Virus record (IMG/VR): IMGVR_UViG_3300022654_000689
Source of the DNA: a virus
Taxonomy: Duplodnaviria > Caudoviricetes
Length of the DNA stretch: 64,000 nucleotides
Reading direction: 5' to 3' (one strand)
A program made the position numbers and the translations under genes. How positions within the stretch are numbered: position 1 is the first letter of the stretch; the number at the start of each line of letters is the position of its first letter. Under the pieces are notes generated by a model that was given only the letters and a program-made list of their open reading frames with translations, made no database searches and was not told the DNA's origin. Shown one piece after another: positions 49,381-59,306 of the stretch.

Positions 49381-49460
49381 TTTTAAGAGTATATTATAAT
49401 AATGCAGTGAATGACTAAATTTAGTCATTCACTTTTTAATTTATAAGTAACATCAAATTA
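49381..49460 (+). promoter_or_regulatory. Early motif + 28-bp palindrome + late motif upstream of DNA polymerase
   Basis: TTTTaagagTATATTATaataaTG (49381-49404); AGTGAATGACTAAA/TTTAGTCATTCACT (49406-49433); AACAtcaaatTA (49449-49460). Confidence 0.65.
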
Positions 49461-49484
49461 AATTAATTTAAATGGGAGGTATTT

Positions 49485-51904
49485 ATGAATATATTAACAG
49501 AATACAAAGAAAGAATGATAAAGAATATCAAACGATTAAGACCTGATGTTCCTGATGAAAAGATTGAAAAGATAGTTGTTAAGAAGATGAAAGAACAAAT
49601 GAAGATACCTGAATGTGAATTAGAAGGTACTAGAACAAATGTGTTTAAATTAGTTCAATTTATAAGAGAAAAAGATTTAATAATAACTCCATTTGGCGCT
49701 TTATATCGATCACATGAAAATGCTCCTAATGAATTGGCTGGAATGGTCGATATGCTTCTTAAAGAACGTAAAGTTGCTAAAAAGCAAATGTTCAAGTATG
49801 CAGATACAGATCCAGTATTACACAATAACTACAAGATGATACAGCTAACACTAAAATTATTAGCAAACTCATTCTATGGAGCAAGTATAGAAGCTAATAG
49901 TATATTTTATCATCCATACTTCGGCCCCTCTATCACTTTCAGTGGCCAACGTATAATAATGACGGCAGTTAATATATTTGAGAAGTTCTGCGGTAATAAC
50001 ATCATGTTCCGTTCTCAAGATGATGTACTTCAATATATGATTAATATATTAGAAGAAGATTATATAGATATTGAAATTGATGACGTTGATATGAAAGATT
50101 TATATTTCTATCTAGTTGATAAAACAGACAACAATCCAGAAATGGTACAAGTTGCTAAGTTTATAAAATCATTATCTCAAGTTGAATTGAATAGAATTTA
50201 TTATCGTAACAATCTTCTTGAAATTGTAAAACATAGTAAGACAGTTCAAGATTTAATGTCTGGTATCTTAGGAAATGACAAATTTCTAGATCCAAATGAG
50301 CCGCCTGAAGAAATGAAAGAGAATATAGATAGACTTTGGGAGATTCTTGAAAACTGGGTATACTATAATAATCAAGATTTCTATTGTTGGGATAACGCAG
50401 ATGTAAGAGAAAGAAAAACAGTATTAACGATTAATTAATTAGTCCTTCATATTAGTGATAATATGTCGAAAGCATTCTAATTGCTGGGAACCCCTTAGAG
50501 CCTGATTAACTACAACGTGATCCGTGAGGATGAGCGTGAATGTTTGAAAATAATCAGGATTGGGCAATCAGCAGCTAAGATTTGTATTAAAATTTGAAGA
50601 TACCGATAACAATTTCGTATTACTATTAAAAATTTGGAGTGATACTACATGACAAGAAAATTAACACATGAAGAATTTTTAGAAAAAACATTTCAGAATT
50701 AGAAGAAACTAAAAAAAGAGACGCAGCAAAGAATAAATTTTGCGAGGATAATAATTTAAAATTGTTAAGAATTGGATACGAAAGTTATAAGAATATTAAT
50801 TCGGTATTAGATTCATATTTTAATACATTTAAAGTTCAACGACCAGTCGTAATGACGTACACTCTAAGCCAATAATGAGAGTGGAAATGGGTGCCATCTT
50901 ATTTTATTAAGATGTTGATATGGTCTGGCCTAACTAGAAATAGTTAGATCCATTGGGTCGGTCTGGCGAGCCGGCTTAAACATTTGCGTGATACTGATTC
51001 AAATTTCCTTTATCTACAACCATTTGTTAAAACATGCTTTGATATGTTCAATCTTAAAGATAACGACCTAAACAGAATGACAACTACTAATGTGTGTGGT
51101 TATTTGTTAGGAAAAGTTATAGCAAAACAATATTGGGAAATGACTACTAGTTTAGGAATACCTACAGCCAAACGTCCTATTATTGCGATGAAAAATGAAT
51201 TTTTCTATAAACGTATCATGTTAACTAAGAATAAGAAAAACTATGGAGGAATGGTTGCACTTCAAGAAGGTAACTTAGTACCACCTGAAAGAGGACTAGA
51301 TATTAAAGGTTTACCTATTAAGAAAGTTTCTGTAAACAAAGATGTAAGAGAACATTTTACAGATATACTACAAAATGATATTCTATTAGCAGATGATATA
51401 AGACTTAGCAGAGTAGTTTACAAGTATCAACAATTAGAAAGTGAGATAAGAGAATCACTTGCAAAAGGTGAAACTAGATTTACAAAACCAGATAAAATTA
51501 ATATGATTGAAACTTATAAATTACCATTTGGTATACAATCAGTAAGGGGGACTTTATTATGGAATGCAATATATCCAGAAAAAGAAATTAGTATACCAAC
51601 TAAAGTAAACACTGTTAAACTTGCAATAGACAATATATTTGAAGATCCAACAATACCTGACTTTGTTAAAGAAGCGACAGAAAAATTATTTAAAGAATTT
51701 CCAGATTTAGAATCTAAAGGTACAACAGTAATATGTGTACCAAAAGATTTAGATAAGTTAGACGATTGGATAATAGAACATCTTGATATTGATACTATAG
51801 TAAATGACAATATGAAACCGGGACTTCCAATATTAGAAGCTATAGGATTTAGACCAGTTACCGCTAATAAAACTCAAATTGCAAGTAACATTATCCATCT
51901 TTAG
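49485..51904 (+). CDS. Family-B DNA polymerase, split jumbo-phage-type subunit (exons 49485-50431 and 50989-51904; 620 aa spliced)
   Basis: Motif B QLTLKLLANSFYGA, ITFSGQ; splicing restores motif C VLTIDTDSNF; KNKKNYG and LDIKGLPIKK. Confidence 0.9.
50432..50988 (+). ncRNA. Group I intron (557 nt) in DNA polymerase gene
   Basis: P1 GAU|UAA-uuaa-UUAGUC. Core AATTGCTGGGAA, AATCAGCAGC, TTCAACGACCA, GATATGGTCT. Terminal G at 50988 restores ATT-GAT-ACT-GAT. Confidence 0.88.
50649..50875 (+). pseudogene. Internally deleted homing endonuclease remnant within intron
   Basis: Late motif (50608-50619) and RBS GGAGTG, then MTRKLTHEEFLEK, then out-of-frame ETKKRDAAKNKFCEDNNLKLLRIGY (Vsr/EDxHD-like C-terminus). 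Confidence 0.7.
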
Positions 51905-51940
51905 GATAATGTTACTATTTTAAAAAAGGAGAATAGGCCT

Positions 51941-52666
51941 ATGGGAAACAAATTTCAAGAAACACAAGCTATAAAATTATATATAATATGCGATATAGAC
52001 GATATATTAGTATTACAAACACCAAAATGGTGTAAAATGTTATACGAACAATATAAAGACGATCCAATAATGAATAAGTATTTGGCACTAGATAAACTAT
52101 TATGTAATAAGGATATAGTTCTTGAAAGAGGGGAATATTATTTAAACAAATGGCTCGCAAATCCTGATATTCCATTAGACAAAGTTCCTAAAGAAATTAA
52201 TGAAGCAATATTAGATGTTTGCGATGTTATAGATTTTTATGATGACTTAGAACCTACAAAAATGGGAATTGCCATAAGAGACTTATGTCAAACAACAAAA
52301 GTCGCTAAGATATATTTTGTAAGCAAAAATGATGAAGGCCCTGCATGGGAAAGTAAAAAAAGATTTATGGATAAACATTTTAATTTTGGAGATAAATCGG
52401 AGTTAATACGTGTTCCTTTAAAAGAACGCAAGAGTGATTATATTAATAAGTATATAAAAGATAAAGATAAAATCAATATTATATTTGAAGATCACCCTAA
52501 AAATGTAATAGACATTTTAGATAACTCGCTTCAAAACAATAAAGAAGTTGCGGCAATGTGTCCTGATTTTGGATACGTGCTATTTTCAGAAGATTTTTCA
52601 GATGAAAAACTTCAAGAATATGACGACAATTTTAGAGAAATTCGTATTTATGAAACATTAGATTAA
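51941..52666 (+). CDS. HAD-superfamily 5'(3')-deoxyribonucleotidase-like protein
   Basis: ICDIDDIL (DxD), FYDDLEP, FVSK and IIFEDHPKN. Confidence 0.7.
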   Translation: MGNKFQETQAIKLYIICDIDDILVLQTPKWCKMLYEQYKDDPIMNKYLALDKLLCNKDIVLERGEYYLNKWLANPDIPLDKVPKEINEAILDVCDVIDFYDDLEPTKMGIAIRDLCQTTKVAKIYFVSKNDEGPAWESKKRFMDKHFNFGDKSELIRVPLKERKSDYINKYIKDKDKINIIFEDHPKNVIDILDNSLQNNKEVAAMCPDFGYVLFSEDFSDEKLQEYDDNFREIRIYETLD

Positions 52667-52710
52667 TAAAACATACCATCATGATAATAAAAGGATGGGA
52701 GCGAAAAAAA

Positions 52711-53190
52711 ATGAGCCAATCACTTAATAATTTAAACATATATAATGAATTTGGAGCTGACGTTAGTTCTTCTCAGGCCAAACAAGTTGTACAAACGACG
52801 TATGATAGACAATTAGATACTCTTACAAAATTATTCAAATTAATAGTAACTACGATAAAAGAGAAATGGTCTAAATTTATGGCAACTATAGATGATAATT
52901 TAGCTAAACTAAAAAATCGTATAGATGTCTCTGGCAATGGAGGAGGGTCTAACCTATTAAGACAAGCATATTTTAAAATGGAACAAGTTAAAAAATTTGA
53001 TAACCCCATGAAAAGAGTTTTAATGAAAGCTAATATGATATTTTCTAAAGCTAGAAACTCATCCAACCCTCAATTAATAATGCAGGCTAAAGAACAGCTT
53101 AAAGAACAACGTCAAATCCAAAAAAACACAATAGATAGCGCAAAAACAGTTTTAGAAGAATCTAAAGCAATGTTAAAGAATAAACGATAA
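52711..53190 (+). CDS. Hypothetical helical protein (possible internal virion protein)
   Basis: RBS GGGAG before ATG 52711; AACA-N6-CA at 52670-52681. Confidence 0.55.
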   Translation: MSQSLNNLNIYNEFGADVSSSQAKQVVQTTYDRQLDTLTKLFKLIVTTIKEKWSKFMATIDDNLAKLKNRIDVSGNGGGSNLLRQAYFKMEQVKKFDNPMKRVLMKANMIFSKARNSSNPQLIMQAKEQLKEQRQIQKNTIDSAKTVLEESKAMLKNKR

Positions 53191-53223
53191 ACCGTATCTA
53201 TAAAATTTTAAATTATATATTAT

Positions 53224-53265
53224 AATTGTGAATAAAGATAAAATATTTTATCTTTATTCACAATT
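53224..53265. repeat. Perfect 42-bp palindrome overlapping the early promoter start
   Basis: AATTGTGAATAAAGATAAAAT|ATTTTATCTTTATTCACAATT, plus a third half-site TATCTTTATTCA at ~53273-53284. Promoter TATATTAT at 53216-53223. Confidence 0.85.
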
Positions 53266-53334
53266 TATCAATATCTTTATTCATCTAAGTTAATTAAAAA
53301 AATTAAATTAAATATGGTGAAAGGTGGTAATTAT

Positions 53335-54015
53335 ATGTTAGATAATAATGGTTTAGTAAGAGCGACTAGAGGAGAAATATACCAAGCAGATCTTGGTATG
53401 AATAGTTTTGGAATAGAAATTAAACCTTTCGTAGTTGTTATACAAAATGATACAGGCAACCATTATGCTGAAAATGTTATAATTGTTCCATTATACGAAG
53501 CAACTAATTATAACAAAGATAAATTTAAAAATTACCCAATGATAAAATTATTCAATAGAAACTATTTCATAAATTATAAAGACATAAACACAATAGATAG
53601 AATAAGATTAATACCTACACCAAAACCTTATGGACAATTAACTAAAGAAGAAGATATAGAATTAAACAAAAAACTAACAGAATTCTTAATAACAGAAAAA
53701 GAATTTAAAAGAGGACAAGTAAGATGGCTAAATGTTGATGACGGAAAACTAGAAGAATATGAACTACATGGAGAAAGACCTGCAGCTATATTAAGATATA
53801 ACAAAGATACAAATGAATATATAGTTGCATTAACAACAAAAAGTAAAAAACGTGGAATAGATACACATGTTCATTTAGAAACAGAAGCTACATTATTCTT
53901 AGAGCATATTAGAACTGTTCCAGCTAATGAATTAGGATTAAATGCAGATTATATATTAAACAAAAAAGAAATGAAAGAGATGGAAGAATGTTTAAGAATT
54001 AGTTTAGCTATATAG
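53335..54015 (+). CDS. Tandem two-domain PemK/MazF-family endoribonuclease
   Basis: Domain 1: RGEIYQADLG...PFVVVIQND.GN....VIIVPL...INTIDRIRL. Domain 2: KRGQVRW...ELHGERPAAIL...VALTT...LEHIRTV...MEECLRISL. Confidence 0.8.
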   Translation: MLDNNGLVRATRGEIYQADLGMNSFGIEIKPFVVVIQNDTGNHYAENVIIVPLYEATNYNKDKFKNYPMIKLFNRNYFINYKDINTIDRIRLIPTPKPYGQLTKEEDIELNKKLTEFLITEKEFKRGQVRWLNVDDGKLEEYELHGERPAAILRYNKDTNEYIVALTTKSKKRGIDTHVHLETEATLFLEHIRTVPANELGLNADYILNKKEMKEMEECLRISLAI

Positions 54016-54017
54016 TT

Positions 54018-54064
54018 AAACTAAAAAAAGAAAGTATTATTAAAATACTTTCTTTTTTTAGTTT
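54018..54064. terminator. Perfect 21-bp inverted repeat / terminator
   Basis: AAACTAAAAAAAGAAAGTATT-attaa-AATACTTTCTTTTTTTAGTTT. Confidence 0.7.
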
Positions 54065-54119
54065 CACAGTTTATTTTATAAACAAATAATTAATCATAAT
54101 AAATACCTCCTATTTTTTA

Positions 54120-54155
54120 ATCCCATACGATCTACTCAGTCGTATGGGATCTTTT
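54120..54155. terminator. Intrinsic terminator after helicase
   Basis: ATCCCATACGA-tctactcag-TCGTATGGGAT. Confidence 0.65.
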
Positions 54156-54160
54156 CAGTG

Positions 54161-56098
54161 TTATTGTTCCATAAATCCGGTAAACATTATATCACTCCAG
54201 TTTAATATGTCATCCATTCTAGTACTTAGGTTAGATTTAGCAGATTTTAATATAGTTATGTATATATGCACATCTGTAGTTTGCCCTATACGATATATTC
54301 TATCTTCGCATTGCGACTGATCTGCCTGTCTCCAAGGAGTACCAAAGAAAAACATTTGGTTCGCTTCAATTAATGTAACTCCGGTACTAAGTGTTTGAGA
54401 TGTAGCTAATAATACTTCACAGTTATCATCTTTTTTCCATTTATCTATTAAGTCCATTCTATTAGCAGTACCACCTACAATAGCTACGTTTCCTATTCCT
54501 TCTTTTTCTAAACTTTCTTGTAAATATTTAATTACTGGTAAACTAGATGAGAATATAACTGTTTTCTTATCATTATTTACAATCATATCTATTAATTTCT
54601 TTTTATTTTCTTCGAACATAGTTATAAACATTTCAGCACGTCTACTAGATAATATTTGTCCCACAGCTCTACCCATACAACTTTCTTTAAGTCTGATGGA
54701 CATAGTTTCTGCTTTTTTAAATACTTTTAATTCAGCAGGGGACATTCTAGGATATATATTAGTTTTTGTAAATTCTTCAATTTTTATTTGTTCCACTTCA
54801 TGATAATCTTCTAATCCTTTATCAGGGAAATTATTGACAAATTTCATATATAAATTAAATTCATCACTTGGGCAGTACATTTTATGTTGATTAAGCATCT
54901 CTATATATTCACGTTTATATCTTTCAAAATTAGGTTGTTCTTCTTTCATATATTTTTCAAATAAAGCTTTTACTTCTGCAGTTACAGATTCAACTTCATA
55001 TAAACCAGGTTTTTTAACTGTTAATGGCATTCTCAATACATGTTTAGTTGGTAATTTTAGTACTTCATCTTTAGTACGACGATGTATTATACGTTTAAAA
55101 CGGTTCTTAACTATATTACTACTTGATAGTGAGTCAACGTTAAACATTCTGTTATATACTACTGCAGCCTCCATATCAAAATATGGATCTATTAATAACA
55201 TTGAAGGTATAATTTCATTAGGTAAAGCTTTTATAGGTGTACCTGACATTAATAGAATATCTTTACATTTTATTTTTTTAGCAAATTGTATTAACTCTAT
55301 TACACGTTTACCTTTAAAATTACGGAAATTATGAGATTCATCGACAATTATCATATTTGATTTGTTATCTACATATGGGCCAAGTTTTGCAATAGCTTCT
55401 TGATTTACTATTACATATTTAGTTGTATCTGCATTATATTGAAATTTCTTTTTACCACCTACTATGAAAACTTCGTCATAGTATAATTTATCATTATTTT
55501 CATATTTATAGAAATACTGTTTTATCTCAACTGCCCAGTTTTCTTTTAATGAATTTGGACATACGATATATACTTTTTGAACCTTCAGACATTCAGCAAG
55601 TGCTATTGATGTAAGAGTTTTTCCTAAACCTTGATCAAAGCTTAATATTAGACCACGAAGTGAGTTATTTATTTTACGAGTATTGTAAGTTTTTATAAAT
55701 TCTGATTGATAATTTTTAAGATCGTATCTAATTCCGTTTAATGGTGACATATCTATCGGTCTTTCTTGCCAATCTTCTTTTTTTCCAACCCATGTTTTTT
55801 GTCTAATTTCAGACATAATTATTCGATATTGATAAGAATTATATTTCATGTCTAATTCTTCAAACAATGTTAATATCTCTAATGCAAAAAATAAATGACA
55901 TTCAAGAGTTGCTATTTTCATTTTTTCTTTAGATTTAATTATTTTCATGTTATAAAGCATTAAATCTTTTTTACTATATTGCTGATCAAATATCTTAGCA
56001 ATATTTTTTTCTTCATATAGGTTTTTTATTCTAGCTAACAGTTTTGTCATATTCATATTCTTAATACGTATTTTATTATCTTTTACCTCTACGAACAT
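54161..56098 (-). CDS. SNF2/SF2 DExH helicase
   Basis: DQGLGKT, VCPNSL, IVDESH, MSGTP, STGVTL and QCEDRIYRIGQ. Start MFVEV at 56098 after AAGGAGG; AACA-N6-CA at 56128-56139. Confidence 0.9.
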   Translation of the reverse strand: MFVEVKDNKIRIKNMNMTKLLARIKNLYEEKNIAKIFDQQYSKKDLMLYNMKIIKSKEKMKIATLECHLFFALEILTLFEELDMKYNSYQYRIIMSEIRQKTWVGKKEDWQERPIDMSPLNGIRYDLKNYQSEFIKTYNTRKINNSLRGLILSFDQGLGKTLTSIALAECLKVQKVYIVCPNSLKENWAVEIKQYFYKYENNDKLYYDEVFIVGGKKKFQYNADTTKYVIVNQEAIAKLGPYVDNKSNMIIVDESHNFRNFKGKRVIELIQFAKKIKCKDILLMSGTPIKALPNEIIPSMLLIDPYFDMEAAVVYNRMFNVDSLSSSNIVKNRFKRIIHRRTKDEVLKLPTKHVLRMPLTVKKPGLYEVESVTAEVKALFEKYMKEEQPNFERYKREYIEMLNQHKMYCPSDEFNLYMKFVNNFPDKGLEDYHEVEQIKIEEFTKTNIYPRMSPAELKVFKKAETMSIRLKESCMGRAVGQILSSRRAEMFITMFEENKKKLIDMIVNNDKKTVIFSSSLPVIKYLQESLEKEGIGNVAIVGGTANRMDLIDKWKKDDNCEVLLATSQTLSTGVTLIEANQMFFFGTPWRQADQSQCEDRIYRIGQTTDVHIYITILKSAKSNLSTRMDDILNWSDIMFTGFMEQ

Positions 56099-56142
56099 AT
56101 TGAACCTCCTTATTTCAAAAAATATCATGATATTCTGTTCTT

Positions 56143-56167
56143 TTTTCATTTGCATATTATAAGTTTG
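56143..56167 (+). promoter_or_regulatory. Early-type promoter
   Basis: TTTTcatttgCATATTATaagttTG, back-to-back with the helicase late promoter. Confidence 0.65.
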
Positions 56168-56220
56168 AGTAACAATTTAAAAATTACTCAAAATCAAATT
56201 AAATTTTAGGAGGTAGTTTT

Positions 56221-56811
56221 ATGAATAATGTTGTTAGAAATGATATGGCTAAATTATTACAAAGATCTTTAAACGCTATATGGGAAAGTAGAATAATATA
56301 TCATATAGAACATTCTGATGAAATTGATATATCTTATTTAAATTCGCTAGTTGAAGCTTATATTAGAGTTGAAAATGCATTTAAAGATATTATATTTGAA
56401 CATAGACTAAAGGTTGAAGGATCTAATTTCTTAAAGAAATCTAAATTTAATAGTTTACCTAGACGTATGAGAGTTGAATTGTTAGACGATGGTGATCAAG
56501 CTACAAGAATGGGATATATTACAAAATCTATGAAAGAATTTTATCAAGGTAAATGTAGTGGAATTTCTTTCTATTTAGTATACAATATGTTTAGTAGAAA
56601 GATACCACTAGATTTTAACAAAGATTGGGCTACACCAGGATATGCGACTGGAGAATACAGAAGAATGAACTTATTAGTTGAAAGATTTTATGTGAAAGAT
56701 GGTGAATCATTCGTATTATTTAAAAACAACTGGGATGTGCAAATTACTGAGAAATCATTCTTTGCAATGAATTTAAAAGGTTTAGAAAATTTATTTGAGG
56801 AGGTAAAGTAA
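56221..56811 (+). CDS. Hypothetical protein
   Basis: RBS AGGAGG. Confidence 0.7.
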   Translation: MNNVVRNDMAKLLQRSLNAIWESRIIYHIEHSDEIDISYLNSLVEAYIRVENAFKDIIFEHRLKVEGSNFLKKSKFNSLPRRMRVELLDDGDQATRMGYITKSMKEFYQGKCSGISFYLVYNMFSRKIPLDFNKDWATPGYATGEYRRMNLLVERFYVKDGESFVLFKNNWDVQITEKSFFAMNLKGLENLFEEVK

Positions 56812-56812
56812 T

Positions 56813-58849
56813 ATGAATAATATGAAAGAGATAATGTCTTTATTAAAAATGCATCAAAATTGCATTGCTGAATTAAATTTAAAGAATAGTTTTAAAAAGT
56901 ATGAAAAAGACATTAAAGCTTTATTGGAAAAAGCGTCCGATTTGTATTACAATACTGACGAAAGAATAATAGATGATCAAACTTATGATGACTTATATAA
57001 AATGTACCGTAAGTATACTAATCAAACTATAATAGGAGCTGCACCTAGAACTAATCAAGTAGATGTTGATCATGAATTTATAGATTTAGTAGGAACATTA
57101 GATAAAGTTAATAATTTAAAAGAAACTAAAGAATGGTTAAAAGGTATATTTGGTGATAAAGAGGTTGAAGTTGTTATAACATGGAAGTATGATGGTAACT
57201 CTGTTGTTGAAACAATGCACGATGGTGAGTGTACAATGGGGTTAACAAGAGGTAGAGACGGAAAAGGAAAAGATGTAACAGCATTGTTAAAAGCAATACC
57301 TAGAACATTTCCTAAAGAAATGAAAGGTGATTTTGGTATCAAGTATGAAATCATTATGACTTATAAAAACTTTGAACAATATTTGAAAGATACTGAAAAA
57401 GATTATAAGAACCCTCGTAGTGTTGTTGGCGGTATATTTAGTATGGATGATGGTGTTAAGTATGCTAAGTATTTAACAGCTGTTCCATTATGGATACGTA
57501 AGAAAGGACAAAGAATAAGCAGATTTGATGAAATTCAATTAATGGAACAATATATACCTGATAATATTAACATGAATAATATGTATCAATCTGTTGGAAC
57601 GCTAGATGAAGTAATGAGTGATATAGAGTGGTTATATAATGATTTACAACAAAAACGTGTGTCAGACAGTATGGAATGTATGATAGATGGAATAGTAATA
57701 GAAGTATTAGACCAAGGATTGAGAGATAAATTAGGATATACAAATGATAGTAAAGACATACCTAAGTTTGCAATAGCATTAAAATTCCCATATATGGAAA
57801 AGACAAGTGAAGTAGAAAGAATAGAATTTTGGCTGTCTAAAAATGGTACAGGAATAATAACACCTGTATGCTATTATAAACCAGTACATTTTATAGGAGC
57901 TACACATGAAAAACAATCGTTACAAAACTATAAGAGATTTAAAGAGCTTAATTTAGGTGTAGGATCTCCTATAACAGTACAATTTAGAAATGATGTTTTA
58001 ACTTATATAGAACCATTAGCAACTGACAAAATTATAGAACCAATCCCATTTATAGATCATTGTCCTGAATGTAATGGTGATGTTGAGATAGTTGTTAACG
58101 AATTTGGAGAAGAAACTTATGTAAAATGTGGCAATCCTTTATGTCCTAGTAAAATGGAAGGTCAGATAATGAACTGGATTAATAAACTAGATTTAAAAGG
58201 AATAGGTGCGGCATATGTTCACATGATGTTTGAAAAAGGAGTAGTTACATCTATACCTGATTTATATAGTTGCAGTGAAAAAGACATGGCATTAGCTGTT
58301 AACAGTGAAATTATGGCTAAGAAATTTAAAAAAGCTATAAACGACAAATTAGATGTATTTGACTATGAACTTATAGGTGGACTTGGAATTGATGAGATAT
58401 CTAGAGATACCGCTAAGCTAATATTTAAAGTTATGACATTTGACGAATTCATAGATATATACAATGCTGGTGAACTTAAGACTAAATTAATCAGTATTAA
58501 CGGAATAGGAGATAAGACAATTAAGTATTTAGAAGAAGGTTTAACTGTTAGAGAAGATATGATAAGTGAGTTGTTAGAGCATATAAACATTAAGAATTTT
58601 AAAGATACAATAAAAACAGCTTCTAAAGTATATACGTTTGTAGTTACAGGAAAACTTAATAACTTCACAAGAGACAGTGTAAAAGAATATATAGAAACTA
58701 GAGGATATAAATTAGTAGGAAGTGTAACAAGTAAAACAGACTATCTTGTTAACAATGATATTAATTCTGTATCCGGTAAGAATAAAAAAGCAAAAGAATT
58801 AGGAATACCTATAATAACAGAAGAAGAATTAATAAAAATTTTAGAATAA
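56813..58849 (+). CDS. ligA: NAD-dependent DNA ligase
   Basis: LYYN....IDDQTYDDL, KYDG adenylation motif, NPRS, IDGIVI, AIALKF, Zn finger CPEC...CGNPLC, HhH, BRCT (FVVTG...SVTSKTDYLV). Confidence 0.95.
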   Translation: MNNMKEIMSLLKMHQNCIAELNLKNSFKKYEKDIKALLEKASDLYYNTDERIIDDQTYDDLYKMYRKYTNQTIIGAAPRTNQVDVDHEFIDLVGTLDKVNNLKETKEWLKGIFGDKEVEVVITWKYDGNSVVETMHDGECTMGLTRGRDGKGKDVTALLKAIPRTFPKEMKGDFGIKYEIIMTYKNFEQYLKDTEKDYKNPRSVVGGIFSMDDGVKYAKYLTAVPLWIRKKGQRISRFDEIQLMEQYIPDNINMNNMYQSVGTLDEVMSDIEWLYNDLQQKRVSDSMECMIDGIVIEVLDQGLRDKLGYTNDSKDIPKFAIALKFPYMEKTSEVERIEFWLSKNGTGIITPVCYYKPVHFIGATHEKQSLQNYKRFKELNLGVGSPITVQFRNDVLTYIEPLATDKIIEPIPFIDHCPECNGDVEIVVNEFGEETYVKCGNPLCPSKMEGQIMNWINKLDLKGIGAAYVHMMFEKGVVTSIPDLYSCSEKDMALAVNSEIMAKKFKKAINDKLDVFDYELIGGLGIDEISRDTAKLIFKVMTFDEFIDIYNAGELKTKLISINGIGDKTIKYLEEGLTVREDMISELLEHINIKNFKDTIKTASKVYTFVVTGKLNNFTRDSVKEYIETRGYKLVGSVTSKTDYLVNNDINSVSGKNKKAKELGIPIITEEELIKILE

Positions 58850-58861
58850 AGGAGGAATTAA

Positions 58862-59284
58862 GTGTTTACATTAGGAAAATTTAATTTTCAATTAGACGAA
58901 GAAGCATCGGAAGTAGATGGTGGATATTTAATGTTCACTATTTATAAACGAAATGCCTATAATTGTAACAACGTTCATAATATAAGCGTATTAATACATT
59001 CAGAAACATACGAACTAGAACCATTCTTTTTCTATTATGGAAATCGATTTGGCAATTTTAAATCATGCACAATAAATGACTCTGATATGTGGTATTATGG
59101 TAAAGATAAAGAAGGATGGAAATTTGTAATACCTAAATCTGAAAAATTAGATGATTACATTATAGAATATCCTATCAGTAGAGAATCTGCTTTGACATTA
59201 ATAAAAGTAGTATGTACAATTAGAGATAATTATGAAGAATATGTCAAGAAGATGAATAAAGAAGTAGTAGAATTACAATTATAA
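58862..59284 (+). CDS. Hypothetical protein
   Basis: RBS GGAGG; GTG start. Confidence 0.6.
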   Translation: MFTLGKFNFQLDEEASEVDGGYLMFTIYKRNAYNCNNVHNISVLIHSETYELEPFFFYYGNRFGNFKSCTINDSDMWYYGKDKEGWKFVIPKSEKLDDYIIEYPISRESALTLIKVVCTIRDNYEEYVKKMNKEVVELQL

Positions 59285-59306
59285 AATGTAAAAAACATAC
59301 AATTAT

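Noticed and set aside
49485-51904. Intein in the DNA polymerase or RNAP subunit
   Set aside because: The interruptions contain stop codons and group I ribozyme core motifs, not in-frame intein sequence.
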